From the NCBI RefSeq assembly GCF_009914755.1, contig NC_060945.1: DNA of 64,000 nt. The stretch is one strand, 5' to 3'. The position numbers and the translations under genes were made by a program. The notes beneath the pieces are model-generated. The model was not told the DNA's origin. It saw nothing but the letters and a program-made list of their open reading frames with translations, and made no database searches. Every line of letters starts with the position of its first letter. The stretch's first letter is position 1. Shown one piece after another: positions 1-14,354 of the stretch. This DNA comes from the human T2T-CHM13v2.0 reference genome, Homo sapiens.

Positions 1-147
1 GGACAGCCTCTTCATTTCTTGGAATGTATAACATGGGCAACCAGCATTTGGGATGCATGCACTCCCACCATCTCTGTTTTATATATATATATCTTAATCA
101 CTGCAACATTCTAATTCAGGCCATGTTGATTTAAGGATAAAACTAGA

Positions 148-470
<323 letters not shown>

Positions 471-582
471 CTATATGGAAATGTAGTGGGTTTTGAAAGA
501 TTCCAATAATAAGTACAAATATGGAATTATCTATAGAAAAACAAATGCTGAATGCAATACTATGTTAATAGTAGTTATTCAT

Positions 583-956
583 TGATATGGTTTGCATTTG
601 TGTCATCCCCCAAATCTCATGTCAGATTGTAATCCCCAGTGTTGGAGGAGAAGCCTGGTGGGAGGTGATTGGATTATGGGGGTGGATTTCCCTCTTGCTG
701 TTCTCATGATAGCGAGTAAGTTCTTGGGAGATCTGGTTGGTAAACTCCCCTCTTCTCTCTCTCTTCCTCCTGCTCTGGCCATGTAAGACGTGCCTGCTTC
801 TCCTTTGCCTTCTGCCATGGTTGTGAGTTTCCTGAGGCCTCTCCAGCCGTGCTTCCTGTAGAGCTTGTGAAACCATGAGTTAACTAAACCTCTTTTCTTC
901 ATGAATTACTCAGTCTCAGGTAGTTCTTCATAACAGTGCAAGAATGGACTAATACA
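583..956 (+). mobile_element. MaLR solo LTR (MSTA/MSTB-like)
   Basis: TGATATGGTTTG...GGACTAATACA termini typical of MST; perfect 5-bp TSD TTCAT at 578-582 and 957-961. Confidence 0.9.
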
Positions 957-1617
957 TTCATTATAAAGGAAATATCCAAGAGCCAAATGGAAGCAGACTA
1001 CCAAGTAAACTGAGGTGGCAGGTTTGTGATAGCAACCAAAAAAAAAAATAACCCAACAACCTATAGTAACCAAGCTTTCCATGGAGAAATGGAGAACGAA
1101 TAACACTGAAATATGTGTGTGCTGAACACTGGTCTTTGCCACTTCTATTGGTTGACAGGACAGATCACCCCAACTCTTTCTGTATATTGCTCTTTATAAG
1201 CCTTCACAACAACAAAAGTCTGAACACGCTCATAATATAAACTAGTCTGGGATTTCCATGAGCTAAAGATTTGAAAGATTATTAAATATAGCTGTGCTTT
1301 TATTTATGAGCAGCTCTTGGCCCTCTTTTTCCCCTACCATCCAAAACCTCTAATAGGAAAAAGAAAATTACATATTTCATGTCATGTTTTCATTTACAGA
1401 TAACAATCACTAGATTTGCCCCAAGAATATACATCTAGCTTGCATTTTCGTGATTTATAAAAGCCTCATGGATTTTTTTTTTGACTAGAGCTATGTCACT
1501 GATATTAAAATTGGCAGTCTTAAAGGGATTTCTTTTATTTGACAAAACATATTGTGCTCAAGGTTAATAATACATTTCAGCAATGTACATAGTGCTCTTG
1601 GCAGACATGTGCTCCGT

Positions 1618-1664
1618 TTCATCATTTTGATAGGCAGATCCTTCATCATTTGATAGGCAGATTC
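1618..1664. repeat. 23-24 bp tandem duplication
   Basis: TTCATCATTTTGATAGGCAGATCC followed by TTCATCATTTGATAGGCAGATTC. Confidence 0.85.
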
Positions 1665-2287
1665 TTCTTCATAATAAGTAAAATCCTGCCAAAAGTTAAT
1701 GCTCTGAATTGCTTTAAAATTCATTTTAATGTAAATTTGGATAGAACACTCCTTTCTTGCTATCAGACTAGCAAGTCAGTGTAAGAAAACTGGTTGGCCG
1801 GAAAGGAAGTTGGTAATTTTAATAGGAAACTCATTACAAAACAGTAAGTGGGATAAAATCGCACTTCCATGTTTGTTGGGAAAATCTGAAAAGTTTTGTT
1901 GCTTATGGGGAGAGAGAAAAAAGACTACTGAGAAGATTATGTCTAAAACCAAATTCCAAGCCACCTTTTATCAATAAAAACATAATACTAAATGTTGATA
2001 TTTTTAGCAAAAGATAACAAAGCACAAGTATTGAGATTCTGGAAGGACATCACGCAAATGTTGTTGAAACATATATGGATTAAAATAATCTTACTGTGCT
2101 CTGTTACTGGAGTTCATTATAAATATGGTCTCTAAAAGTAATGTTTAGGTTAACCCACAGTTAAAACAATGTATAATTCCAACATTTTTTCTCTCATTAA
2201 AAAGAAAATTTAAATTGCCCTACTTTGCAAAGGTTATAAGAGTCTCATTTTGTTTGGCATCAAAAACTGCAAGAAAAGTCTACTACA

Positions 2288-2400
2288 AACTAACAAATAT
2301 TTATTGGGCCTTTGTGATGTGCCAGCTTCAGCCAGTTATGGGAAAACAGATTCAAATATGTTTCTTGCTATTATGGGTCTTAAAGTGTACCTGGAGAGTA
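2288..2400 (-). mobile_element. L2 3' end fragment
   Basis: AACAAATATTTATTGGGC...ATGTGCCAG resembles the L2 terminal motif. Confidence 0.55.
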
Positions 2401-4514
2401 AGTCAATGAAAGTAGGATAGCACTTCCTGCTATAATTGTTTGTGTGAATGTTTTGCATAAATTTGGGGGTATAGGCATAAAGGAACTGACGATAGTGACT
2501 TTTTCAGAAAATTTCTCTATAGGCAGTGTGATTCATGAACAATACATAGGGATTATCTATACCATTTTAAAAATAGAAAGGAAGGCTTTTTGTTTGGAAT
2601 GACCAATAGATTTGAAATAATATTACCCTTAGGATTATGACAATTAAGGCCATCTCACAAGCCTAGAGCAAATACTACCATTGGAAATAAGATGGAGGAA
2701 GCAAGTAAAAACTAGATGATGAAATAACTTTGGTGCAAAGCTAATTACTGTGCAAATTATTATAAATATTATAGAGAATCATTAAAAGATTATAATGTCA
2801 ATAAAGTTTTGGTCATTCTTGATGTGCCGATTTCTTCAGTGGTATATTATTAAAAGGGGAGACAGCTGAAATGCTTGGGGCCCACAACAAAGAAACACAT
2901 TTGGATAGACAGAATGGAAAAATTTATCACAATGGTTTTCCATCTCTCTGTCCCCCTCCCAACACCCCGCTCACTAGTGAGAGTTACTTAAGAAAGAATA
3001 CAAAACTTGTTAATTTCTAAGTATCAGAAATAGAGAAGATAATCAATAACATTACAAAAAAATAGTTTGTAGCCTTAAAACTGCCATGTTTTAAGTTTCA
3101 TAATAACTGTTTCCTAGTATTAGCCAAAGATGTGACTAAATTGATAAAATATTAAGTAAGTATAAAAATACTTGAAAAGGCAAATAATTATACACACCTA
3201 AATTAAAAACATTGAGTAAGAACTAAGAGATCCTGCAGAAACTGATCTGTTTTGGCCTTATAAACTCTACATATATTCTTTTAAGAGGAGTTAAACTTCC
3301 TTTTGTAAACCCTGGACAGGACATGTGTACTATCGCAATGTTGTATGCAGATTAGAACATGCTGTCAGGCCTTGAGTTAATTGAGTTGCAACTTCCCAGG
3401 GAAGTTGAACCTGTCACTCTGACTCCACCAACTTATCTAGTGATGCCTAACAACTCAGGGCTAACAGGACACCCTGGCTGAAGAGTTAGTGCAGTTTCCT
3501 AAAGTGTTTACACTTGGTTTCTCACTGGAAAATCTGGCTCATCACACATCCAGAATGTATGAAGCAATTTAGATCTACAGACAATAGCCAGATGGGCTGC
3601 CTTGAAGAAAAAAAGTCTCTTGTTTACAGATAAAGTAAGGAGAGAAATGCCGCCTAAGGCCAAGTGCCCAAAAACTGCCTGGGCAAGCTTCAGGGGGCTA
3701 AATTCCCAAACTCAACCTGCTGTCTCCAGAGGGTAAATTTTTGTATTGGAATGTATTATAGAGTTCATGATAATTGTTTGTATTCTATTGAAGCAACAAC
3801 TCATTTTGCATGGATTAGGAAGCCCTTTACAGAGATATGCCATGAGGGAAAAAATTGCCTTTGATATAACAAATAAGCAGAATTAACCTTGAAATGAAGA
3901 TTATAATACATTACAGTGCTATGTAGAAAATATCAGAGAAGTCAGAAGTAACTCTGTGTAAAGAGTAAAAACCTTGACAAGACTAATTCTTTTTCATTTT
4001 TTTTTCCTAGAATAGAGATTTGTTTTTATTTTTCACTTTAAATGATGTAAGTATGAAAATAAATCTCATTTTTATATACTTAAAATCATACACTTTATGT
4101 CATTGAAATGAGACAGGTACATAACAAGGTATCTTACTCTTGTTTGTTTAGAAAAAAGAAAAACAATAGCATCTTACAAGAGCAGGGATAAAATAATAAA
4201 TGTCCTAGATGATGACTTGGATTTGAAAAATATTCAAATTTTATCTCGTTTCCTATATAAATCTTTGAACGTACTGCTCCATATCGAATTCTACATTGGT
4301 TTCTTCTCTTTCCATTTTAATGAGTCTTTTCTAGAAAGTCAAGATCTCTTGAGTTTGGGGAAATGTAATCAACTCAAAACTGTTCAACAGCACAGAACTT
4401 TGCAATGTTTATGGAGTGAAAGCACAGCCTGCTGCGATGAGTTATGTCTGTAAAAAAAAAAATTAAACTTTGATAATCCATAAGTCCTAGCCTGGGGGGG
4501 TACAAGCATATGTT

Positions 4515-4516
<2 letters not shown>

Positions 4517-4552
<36 letters not shown>
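4517..4552. repeat. (TG)18 microsatellite
   Basis: Read directly from the sequence. Confidence 0.97.
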
Positions 4553-4555
<3 letters not shown>

Positions 4556-5079
4556 TTTTACATATACAAATATGTCTGTTAAAAAGTGGCCTGTATATCC
4601 AAAGTGTAAGCTAGGTATAAACCTTTGGGGTCTATAAATAGTATCTGGTAATGTGTTACAAAATGTAAGATATCACTATTATGAACTTTTCTTTTTTCGG
4701 GAAGAAACTGTCTACATCTGAGTTGAGTCTGTGAAATTAGTCATTGTAAAAGCAACTAGTTAAAAAGGCATTTACCTTTAATTATTTTATTTAAATTTCA
4801 ACCCATGACTAGTAAAGCAATGAAGAAAAGGTATTTTAAAGTTAAGAATACTTCTATCTTTATAAAGAAGTAGATACTATTCCAATCTCATTAGGAAAAA
4901 TAATCTGCACGCCTAGAGAAGCCTTAATCAGCATGTATTGAGCATCAACTAAGTGCAACATTTCTGTTAAGACACTGTTAAGGATCAACGAAGAAATAAA
5001 ACAGTATCTCCAAGAAAGTTGACTCTATACTTTCCCTGAGCATTAGAGTCAACTGGAAAGTCTTTCAGAATACCAATTT

Positions 5080-5250
5080 ACGTTATCAGTCTAATGATTC
5101 TAAATCAGAATCATGTGGGTGTGGAAGTCAGGAATCAGATTCCCCAACTGATGGAGGTACAACCCAGCTAGAAAAATGCTATATTGGAGAGGTTCTTCCC
5201 AAATACCAGTGTTCATAAGAATCACTTGGGAATCTTGATAAAATACGTTT
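5080..5250. mobile_element. MER5-like hAT-Charlie fragments
   Basis: TAAATCAGAATC...TCAGGAATC and AGAATCACTTGGGAATCTTGATAAAAT motifs; degraded. Confidence 0.45.
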
Positions 5251-5714
5251 TCTTATGGAGTAGGTGTGGCTTCCACACAGAAATTCTGTGAGAAGCTACA
5301 TCCTCAATCAGCTCTACATGTTGACGTGAAGCTGTAATTTAAAATTTAGAGGACAGAAGAAACCATAAAGTAACCAAGTTAATTTAAAGTGATTCCAGAC
5401 TAATAGTGCACTAATGTCTGGCAGATGAAATATACCTTCCCTCTGTAGGAATCCACCACTATTTTGGCACTTGAATAATTCCCACAAATAAATTGTTAAA
5501 TAAAACAAAGACTTCAGGAATAACACTCTTTTAAAGTAGTGATCTCCTTTGCTGAAGTAGGAATAAACTGAGCTTTATTCTATGAACAGATCGTTTTGAT
5601 GGTTTTTGGGGGGAGGAATATTTAAAAACCTAAACTAAAAATCTGAACTGAAAAAATGACATTGGAAACTGTTCATAGTAAATGTTAAGTAAAAAAAAGA
5701 AGGCTACAAAATTG

Positions 5715-5739
5715 TATATATATATATATATATATATAT
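5715..5739. repeat. (TA)12 microsatellite
   Basis: Read directly from the sequence. Confidence 0.95.
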
Positions 5740-7298
5740 GGTGCAGTCCCATTTGCTTAAAAATATGTATATATAAAAAAGAGGTAAGAGCTAAAAATTC
5801 ACACACCAAATGTTAACTTGTCTCCAGGATAAATAAGCATGTACTACTTTTAATCAGAGACAAAAACCAGTGTGTTTTCAAAAAGTGGAGAGCTAAGTCT
5901 CTGTTCTAACTTCTTGCTATCATTGTTGACAATATGTTCATATTAATTCAGCACCATTTATGGCCTCTTAGCCAAGCATATCCTGTTTGTGACAGTATAA
6001 GTCATTGTAATGGAAAAGATTATGATGCACTGGCCTGATCTAAGACTTCACTGCATTCATCAGCCACAGGAGACAAAGACATGCACTTTTTTCATAATTT
6101 TTTTAGTAATAATTGACTATTAGAGAAAATGAATGGCACATAATAATTACGGGCAGACAAGATGGTCAGCAAATCAAACTGGGAAATGCAGTCTCAGTTT
6201 TATTAATGCGGTGATTTCAGAACATTACAAAGATATTATTGTTTTGTTCTCAGTCTACTCCTGAAATCACTGTTTTTACCAGAAGTTTCAAAATTCTTTG
6301 CTGACCGCAGTGACCCCCAATGTGTTTTTAATTCAAGAATCCAGTAATCCCACATCAAGGATTTGGTGCTGAACATTTTATGTTTAATAATATTCAGGGT
6401 CATTTTGAACTCCTCCCTGTGCACATAGCCAGTAATAATGCACGGTGATATTGCAGTAACATTTCTTGCCTCTGACTAGCTGCCTGCTGCCCAGGCATAA
6501 AATCTTAAAAGTTTTATTTTCCATTAAACTTGAAATATCAAAAAAAGGAGTCAGGACAGAAACATATTGACACATAAAAGACATGAAATTGCATAGGCCA
6601 CCAGAGGTTTTTAGGAAAACTGTGGATGTTGGAAAAGGTCTTTTAGAGCCTACACCTAAAGCCTTTCCTCTGATTCAGTGTCATAGGCAAAGAGTGCTTT
6701 TGCAATTTCATGGATAAAGGCTCAAGCAGAGAGAATTCAGATGTAGATCCTGAGGCACATGTGCCTGGGTTTCTCTACTTTTTTTTTGAATGATGTTAAA
6801 CCAAAAATAAGGAATTTATTACACAGGCAAAAACTAGAATGACAATTAGTTCCATTGCCAGATTTACAACACCAATCTGTGCATTTTGAAGAAGGCTAAC
6901 AAAAATAAAATAAATCTTATACTAAATTGTTGGCTTTGAGAAAACGAAAAATGGGAATGACCCTACTGCAGTCACTAAACACAGTAGGATAGATGGTTCT
7001 CTTGGGAAATATTCTTATAGATTATATAAACAGAAAGGACTTTGAAGAAAAAGATCAACCTACATTAATAAGCTAAAATTTAAAAATTGAGCGAGCAATG
7101 GAGGTGCTCAAAGGTAGAATCAGTAGCCTGATTTCTTGTTTCACCCTTAAACTCACAAAAAGACATCTCTCTAAATAATAAAGGACAATATTTCAAAATT
7201 ATTGCTGATAGAGGTAGACAAAGCTTACCATTACATAGTCTTTCTATGTATTCTAAATTTGTGGTGAGCTCTGAGACTGATTCTATTTTCCTACTTAC

Positions 7299-7434
7299 AC
7301 TTCCAGCTCAGAAAAGACAAAAGATTTCTAAAGACAAGTGAACATGTTGTTCAAAGTTCAAACCTAGGCCATAATTTATCTCAAGGAAACATTTTTTTTC
7401 TCTTGAGACCATATAGACTATAAGTTTTCCAGGC
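7299..7434 (-). other. Candidate spliced exon (136 nt), probably non-coding
   Basis: Minus-strand acceptor TTTTCTCTTGGTTATCAG|G and donor AGT|GTAAGT; splice signals only, could be a pseudo-exon. Confidence 0.25.
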
Positions 7435-8135
7435 CTGATAACCAAGAGAAAATTTGGAGTATTCTGGGATCTTACTAAAACCTGCAGGCAATGAGGTCCT
7501 AGGGTTTTCTGAAATATCCATAGCACCCATGACAGCCAAGTAGTCAGATACTTAATGAAACTGTAATACAAGTTGTGATAGAATAAGCATGGTCTCCATT
7601 CTTTCTGAAGGAAGCTACCTTGCACTTGGTTTTCTCCCCTGGCTAGCTTCCTATTGGTCACTTTCGTGTGTTCATGCAGTCAAGAATAGCTTATCCACCA
7701 TCACAAAAATCAATGTAAAAGTCTGAACCTAGCTCACTCTTGGACCCCAGAGAGAAAAATAATTTTCTTCCACTTCAATTTAGTCCTGCCTCAGTGAGCC
7801 CTCTGATACTGCCTCAGAATTAAATCTTCCCAGCTTATATGTTTGAGAAAATTCTAAACACTCCACAACCTCAAAGCTCAGTCAAGATAACAATATAATA
7901 GTTCAGCACTTCCTTTCTTGAAGTCAGTATTAGGTACTATTTTTTAAATCTCAGGTCATTCATTTATTTGCCCAGACTTCCCTTTATTATAGACCAAAAA
8001 AGATGTTTAAGCATGATTTGCAAAAATTTCCATCCAAATGCCACCTCTCTAAATATCTGCTTATGGAATTATACAATTTAAACATTCGAAGTTTTACAGA
8101 AACAGGAAAGACTATCTCCAGCATTATAATAAAAG

Positions 8136-8425
8136 TATTTATTTATTTATTCATTTTTTTAATTGTGTGGGTACAAGTAGGTGCATATATTTATGTGGTA
8201 CAAGGGATGTTTTGATACAGGCATGCAATGTGAAATGAGCACATCATAAAGAATGGCAGTATCCATCCCCTCAAGCATTTTTCCTTTGAGTTACAAACAG
8301 CCCAATTACACTGAAGTTATTTTAAAATATTCAATTAAATATACAATTAAGTTATAATTGACTATATAGTCAACCTTTTGTGCTATCAAATAGTAGGTCT
8401 TATGCATTTCTTCTAATTTTTTTTC
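8136..8425 (-). mobile_element. L1MA-type 3' end fragment
   Basis: GGGTACAAGTAGGTGCATATATTTATG...TTTGAGTTACAAACA...GTGCTATCAAATAGTAGGTCTTAT matches L1MA1-3 3' UTR; same family as the 3' end near 63000-63300. Confidence 0.85.
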
Positions 8426-8428
8426 CTA

Positions 8429-9001
<573 letters not shown>

Positions 9002-10350
9002 TTAAAATTTACACATATATATGTGTATATATATATTTTTTTTCTTTCTTATTTTTTCTTTCTGAGTTTAGATTTTGCAAGTTAGGGGGTGCATTGATAT
9101 TAATAATTATAACTCTTTTACAATTCTGAGGAAAATGTCAACGTCAGACCGTGCTGTCCATGCCTAGAACATGGGCCAGTCAAATGGATGATGCAAATTG
9201 AGACCCAAAGAGTGCAAGCGTGAAATCTATGAGTACATGAAGACACCTTGCCATGGCTTCAGGGAACCCATCTCAGATGGGTACTGTGTGAGAGTTGGTG
9301 GATCTCCTGAGTGGACCACTATTTTAGGTTGAGTTAGACAATAAACAGGTGCTACTGGGGGACAGTAGCATCAGCAAGTTGGTTGGAGAACACAGCAGAA
9401 ATTCAGGATCTGCTTCTGTCAGGGCAGATGAAGCCAAATCAGTAAGCAAAAGTTGCCAGGTTTTGAATCAACTGGAAAAGACAACTTAAATTATGAGTTC
9501 AGTCAAACATGGATTTCAGCTTGCACTGAGTATTACAGACCCAGTGAACGAGGCAAAGACATTTTGCAGAGCCAGGGGCCCTCTCTTTGCCAAGCACCCA
9601 ACACTTATGTGAAGGAGAGAAGCAGGTGCAAGTGTTAGAGAGGGATATGTAGCTGAGAGTCTGGATACTTTAATGAAACAAAGCCTTATATACAAAGACT
9701 GTTTAAATTAGTATCTGTGATAAATGTCACTAATGAAAACAGGGCGTTTCCATCTCCATTCTGGTTATGCAGCAGCATGCTGGAATCCAATTAACCATCC
9801 AATTGTAGTTTCTGAAGAAATCGACATAACAGGTTATAACAAGTTGAAAATGCTATTTTCTCCACATATCAGAGTTGTCATGAACAAATTTTGACACCCC
9901 TCTCTACAAGCTTTCATTATTGTTGCTTTTTCCACCTCTTACAATGAAAAAAACTCTACATAATTTAATTTAAATGCTTTCTCTAATTTAGTAGTAGGTT
10001 GCCAGCATTTAAGTAATGCCTAAGATACAATAGGTACAAAATTATCATTGTTAACTAAGGTAATCAATATTTATTGAAGATTTTTGCTCCTTCTCTTGTG
10101 AGTAACTCTTTTCTAGCATATGAACCTTGAAAATCAACCAGGAAAAGAATATTTCCACTAAAACTAAACACAGAAATGGAATACACATAAGGACACATAC
10201 GTCTCAAAATAAGGTTTGACAAAATAAATATCAATGGACAAAAATTCACAAATAATTTCTAAATTTACGCTCTCTATAAATACTAATAAATGAGAAAAAT
10301 TTCAGGCACTGATAAAACAGGAAAAAATGGGTACTTTTTAAAAAATATAA

Positions 10351-10870
10351 TTTGGACTTTTATTTTAGATTCAAGGAATACATGTGCAGGTTTGTTAATA
10401 TGGGTATATTGCATAACACTGAGTTTTGGAGGCACAAATAATCCTGTCACCCACATAGTGAGCATAGTATCCAATAGGTAGTTTTTCAGCTCTTGTCCTC
10501 CTTCATCTATTCCCTGTTTAGTAGTTCTCAGTGTCTATTGTTCTCATCTTTATGTCTATGGATACCCAAGGCTAACTTTCAACTTATAAGTGCCTCCAAA
10601 ACTCAGTGTCGTGTAATAGACCCATATTAACAAACCTGCACATGTACTCCTTGAAACATCCACTTATAAGTGAGGTTAGCATTGGGTAGCCGTAGACATA
10701 AAGATGAGAACATGGTGTATTTGATTTCCTGTTCCTGTGTCAAGTCACTTGGAATAATAGCCTCCAGCTGCATCCAAGTTGCTGCTGCAAAGGACGTGGT
10801 TTCATTCTTTTTTATGGCTGCAGAGTATTCCGTGATGTGTATTTGCCATATTTTCTTTATCCATCCATAA
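10351..10870 (-). mobile_element. L1PA13-16-like 3' end fragment with internal inverted duplications
   Basis: TACATGTGCAGGTTTGTTA...TTTTTATGGCTGCAGAGTATTCC 3' UTR motifs; 10590-10712 is made of two inverted local copies. Confidence 0.88.
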
Positions 10871-10964
10871 CACATGTTATTTTTAAATCTCAAACAGCTT
10901 ACAATCTGCATAGTGTACAATATATATGAGTAAACACTTGTGTAAGTATTGATAATTATCATTC

Positions 10965-11180
10965 ACAGATTATTTAATACGTGTCTTACATTGTTCAGGA
11001 CATTCATACATATTTCCTCATTTAATTATTAATATGCTGTGATTTATTATTATTACTCCTACTTTTTAGATAGAAGCACTCAACAGTTGAGAGCCAAATA
11101 ATCTGCTAATATTACAGAGTGTAGAAATTTCACACCTGGTACTCAAACCCAGGCCATCAGACCTCAATGCCCTTCCTCTT
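10965..11180 (-). mobile_element. MIR
   Basis: CTCATTTAAT...ATTATTACTCCTACTTTTTAGATAG...ACTCAAACCCAGG core. Confidence 0.65.
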
Positions 11181-11194
11181 AAAGTCTACCCCAG

Positions 11195-11560
11195 GAAATC
11201 AAAGAGAAAACTGAAAATTGGCCAGGAGCTAGAGGGAATATTACATACAGTGCAACACTGTCATACGGCTGACTTCTTAGAAGTAATGGAGACTAAAATT
11301 TAACAAAATAACATATTTAGAGTTCTAAAAGATTATTTTGTAATCTGTCAACCCAGAACTATCTATCTAGTGGGACAATCCTTTCAAATGAAGCTAAAAC
11401 AAAAGCATTTTCAAACAAAAATGCCTCAGAGATTTTGCACTCAACAGACAGGAACTACAAAAAATGGTCAATGAGAATCTTCAGAAAGAAGGGAAATGAT
11501 ATATGATAGAATGCAGATCTTCCAGAAAAAAAAGATTGCTAGGAAACTGAAAATTGAGGC
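11195..11560 (+). mobile_element. Ancient L1M/HAL1 ORF1-region remnant
   Basis: GCTGACTTCT...CTGTCAACCCAGAACT...CCTTTCAAATGAAG...CATTTTCAAAC, typical of the end of ORF1. Confidence 0.6.
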
Positions 11561-12089
11561 TGCCTATACATTACCTTGTAATTATTTTTATGAATGATTT
11601 TATGTGTGTGTATATAAAAATGAAGATGTATTAAAAGATGAAGAGAAAGAATTTAAAATGAATACAAAATAGGTGAAACCAATACAATATTTGTGTATGT
11701 TAGATACGTATTCAAATATGCCAATATTTGTATTAAAATTAAATATTAAAATAGGTTTAAAATATATGGGGGAGAATAAAAAACGTAAATTATGCTCATA
11801 AAAGATACCAGAAGCAATTTTGGAAAAGGTAAATTGAAAGACCCCTAAAAGGTATAATTGTTTCAATTATAGCTTCCTTGGGATTATCAAGGCAGTGCTA
11901 TATTGAAATGTATATAAGGAAAAAGGAGCTAGGAATTATAGATTGTTTTTTCAAATAATAGCTTTTTAGAATTTTTAGTGGAGAGAATAGAAATAACATA
12001 ATAGTTCAAGGAGATAATATGGTCAAAATAGAACATTTTATAAAGTAAAATTCCTGAATGATTTTATATGTACGTTTATTTTTTTTAAA

Positions 12090-12389
12090 GTCTGTCCACA
12101 GTGTCTCATGCCTGTAATCCCAGCACTTTGAGATGGTATAGATGGGAGCATCACTTAAGCCCAAGAGTTTGAGACCAGCCTGGGCAACATGGAGAGACCC
12201 TGTCTCTACAAAAAATAAACATTATCTGAGGGTGGTGACACACACCTGTAGTCCCAGCTACTTGAGAGGCTGAGAGAGAAGAGTCCTTTGAGTCCCAGAG
12301 TTCAAGGCTGACATGGCTATAATCAAGCTACTGTACTCCAGCCTGGGTGACAGAGCAAGGCAATGTCTTAAAAAAGAAAAAAAAAAAAA
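12090..12389 (+). mobile_element. AluJ (Jo/Jr-like)
   Basis: Diverged dimer with GCCCAAGAGTTTGAGACCAGCCTGGGCAAC and GAGTTCAAGGCTG; A-tail. Confidence 0.9.
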
Positions 12390-12820
12390 TATTGGAAAAT
12401 GAGTAATTGGATATACAAATATGGAAGTAGTAAGAATTGTTGAAATAAATGGTTAAAGAATACAAGATTCTTTATAATGAAAACCATGTGTAGAAGAGAT
12501 TTAATTTGCCCATAGTTGAAATAATATTTGTCTTTATGATAGCAGCATAAAGACAGATAAAAAATAATATCCATTTGGATGTGGAAGAGAGGAATTTGGG
12601 GAGGTTTGATACTAAGTCATGAGATATTGGGTCATCTGCTGAGAAGTTTCAAGCAGGGGCAAAAGGGAAACTCCTTGAGGTTATGAGAGGGATCCGTTTA
12701 GAAGTACTATTTTGACATGGGAGCAGCAGCTATGTGTGTAATATATATAAGTATTTCATTTTCAATATGTTTAAATATGCTCAAACAATTCTTTGAAACA
12801 ATTACAATTGAACCCTACTA

Positions 12821-13135
12821 GGCCAGGCTCCAGCCTGTAATCCCAGAACTTTGGAAGGCCGTGGCAGGTGGATCACCTGAGCTCAGGAGTTCATGACCAG
12901 CCTGGGCAACATGGTGAAACCCCCTAAATCCTGTCTCTACAAAAAGTAAAAAATTAGTTGGGCATGGTGTTGTGCGCCTGTAGTCCCAGCTACTGGGAAG
13001 GCTGAGGTGGGAGGATCGCTTGAGCGCGGGAGGTCAAGGCCTCAGTGGACCGTGATTGTAACACTGCACTCAAACGTGGGCAACAGAGTGAGACCCTGTC
13101 TTATAAAAAAACAATAACAACAACTACAACAAAAC
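12821..13135 (+). mobile_element. AluJb-like, inserted in a MIR
   Basis: Dimer with GGGAGGATCGCTTGAG; degenerate TSD ACAATTGAACCCTACT / ACAGTTAAACCTTACT; MIR-like sequence resumes at 13150-13245. Confidence 0.9.
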
Positions 13136-13329
13136 ACAGTTAAACCTTACTTGAAGAAAAAGGAAAATGGAGCATAGAAAGGTTGAATGGTTTACATAAG
13201 TTAACTAGAAAATAAGTAGTAGAGTCAAGGTTTTGAACTCAAGACTCAACGTTGGGAGAGCGAGAATACAGGGTCTCTCTCTGAGTCATAGGCTTTTACC
13301 CAGACTTTCTTTTAAACCAGGCTGCTGGG

Positions 13330-13510
13330 TGAGAAAGCACCATCTACTGGTGTTTTGGGCAGACTAAGTATTCCTTGTGCCAGATCGTTTCATGCCTTGC
13401 AGAATGTGTAACATCCTACTATATTTCAGAACCACCCTCTTACTCACTGTGAAAAAGAGAACATTTTCTAAATTCTCTCCTTTTGGTGATATTGCCACAG
13501 GCAGAAAATT
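13330..13510 (-). mobile_element. MER20-like hAT fragment
   Basis: TTTTGGGCAGA...TTGCAGAATGTGTAACATCC resembles reverse MER20. Confidence 0.45.
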
Positions 13511-14187
13511 ATTCCAAATGTTTCTATAGCCCAGGGCCCTCTGCCCTCAGGTGCATTCCTGAAGGCAGAGGAAGAAACAAGCCCCACTGAACCCAAACTT
13601 CTTAATTTACCCTACTCTCATTCACATATTTCTTTTTCATATCTTCTGCTCTCTTGAGGCGGCTTTTACATTCTTCCCCAGAATGTAATTACAGAGCATG
13701 CCAGAGAAAACAACCAATAAAGGGACTGAAAAATATTATCCATATGGATACAGGTCTGTCAAATCATTGGTCATCCAATTAAAAGATAATCTCCCCTACA
13801 AGAGTCTGGAAACATGTATGCCTCCATTCAATTCTTATTATTACAAGTTGTACCAAGTATAGGCAAAATTACAAATGCTAAATATATGTAAGGCAAGAAT
13901 GTATTGCACATTCCGTGACATGCTGCCTGATTTTCATACGATTCCATGAAATACTCTATTTTGAGCTTTATATTTTCTTAGTAGCTGCCTTTTAAACATC
14001 TGTCCTTGTAGTTCATACTGAAGGTTTTAAATTGAGGAACTAGTAACACAGTAATTGGGGACAAAACGACAACATTTCCTACATGGAGGATAAAATAGAA
14101 TTCCTGGTTCCCTGTGCAATACAATTTGATATCCATTCCACTCAACACACGCAGACATATACAGGCCATACAAATTGATACACTCAC

Positions 14188-14322
14188 CCTTTGGCCAGAG
14201 AAAATCAGCGTTAATATTGTCCATTTCACCGCTGTTCAACATGCACGACAGACGAATTTTTGGGTGTCATTGTTATTCACCAGATTGTTTCTATTAGATG
14301 TTACTTTGCGTATCTATAGTGC
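14188..14322 (-). ncRNA. Candidate non-coding or UTR exon (135 nt)
   Basis: Strong acceptor TATTTTTGTGGTTTCTTAG|G and donor AGG|GTGAGT; unique sequence keeping several CpGs; stops in all three frames near its 5' end. Confidence 0.4.
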
Positions 14323-14354
14323 CTAAGAAACCACAAAAATAGGACCTCCTAGGA

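Noticed and set aside
9130-9730. GC-richer block that may be an old LTR
   Set aside because: No termini, TSD or family motif I can identify with confidence
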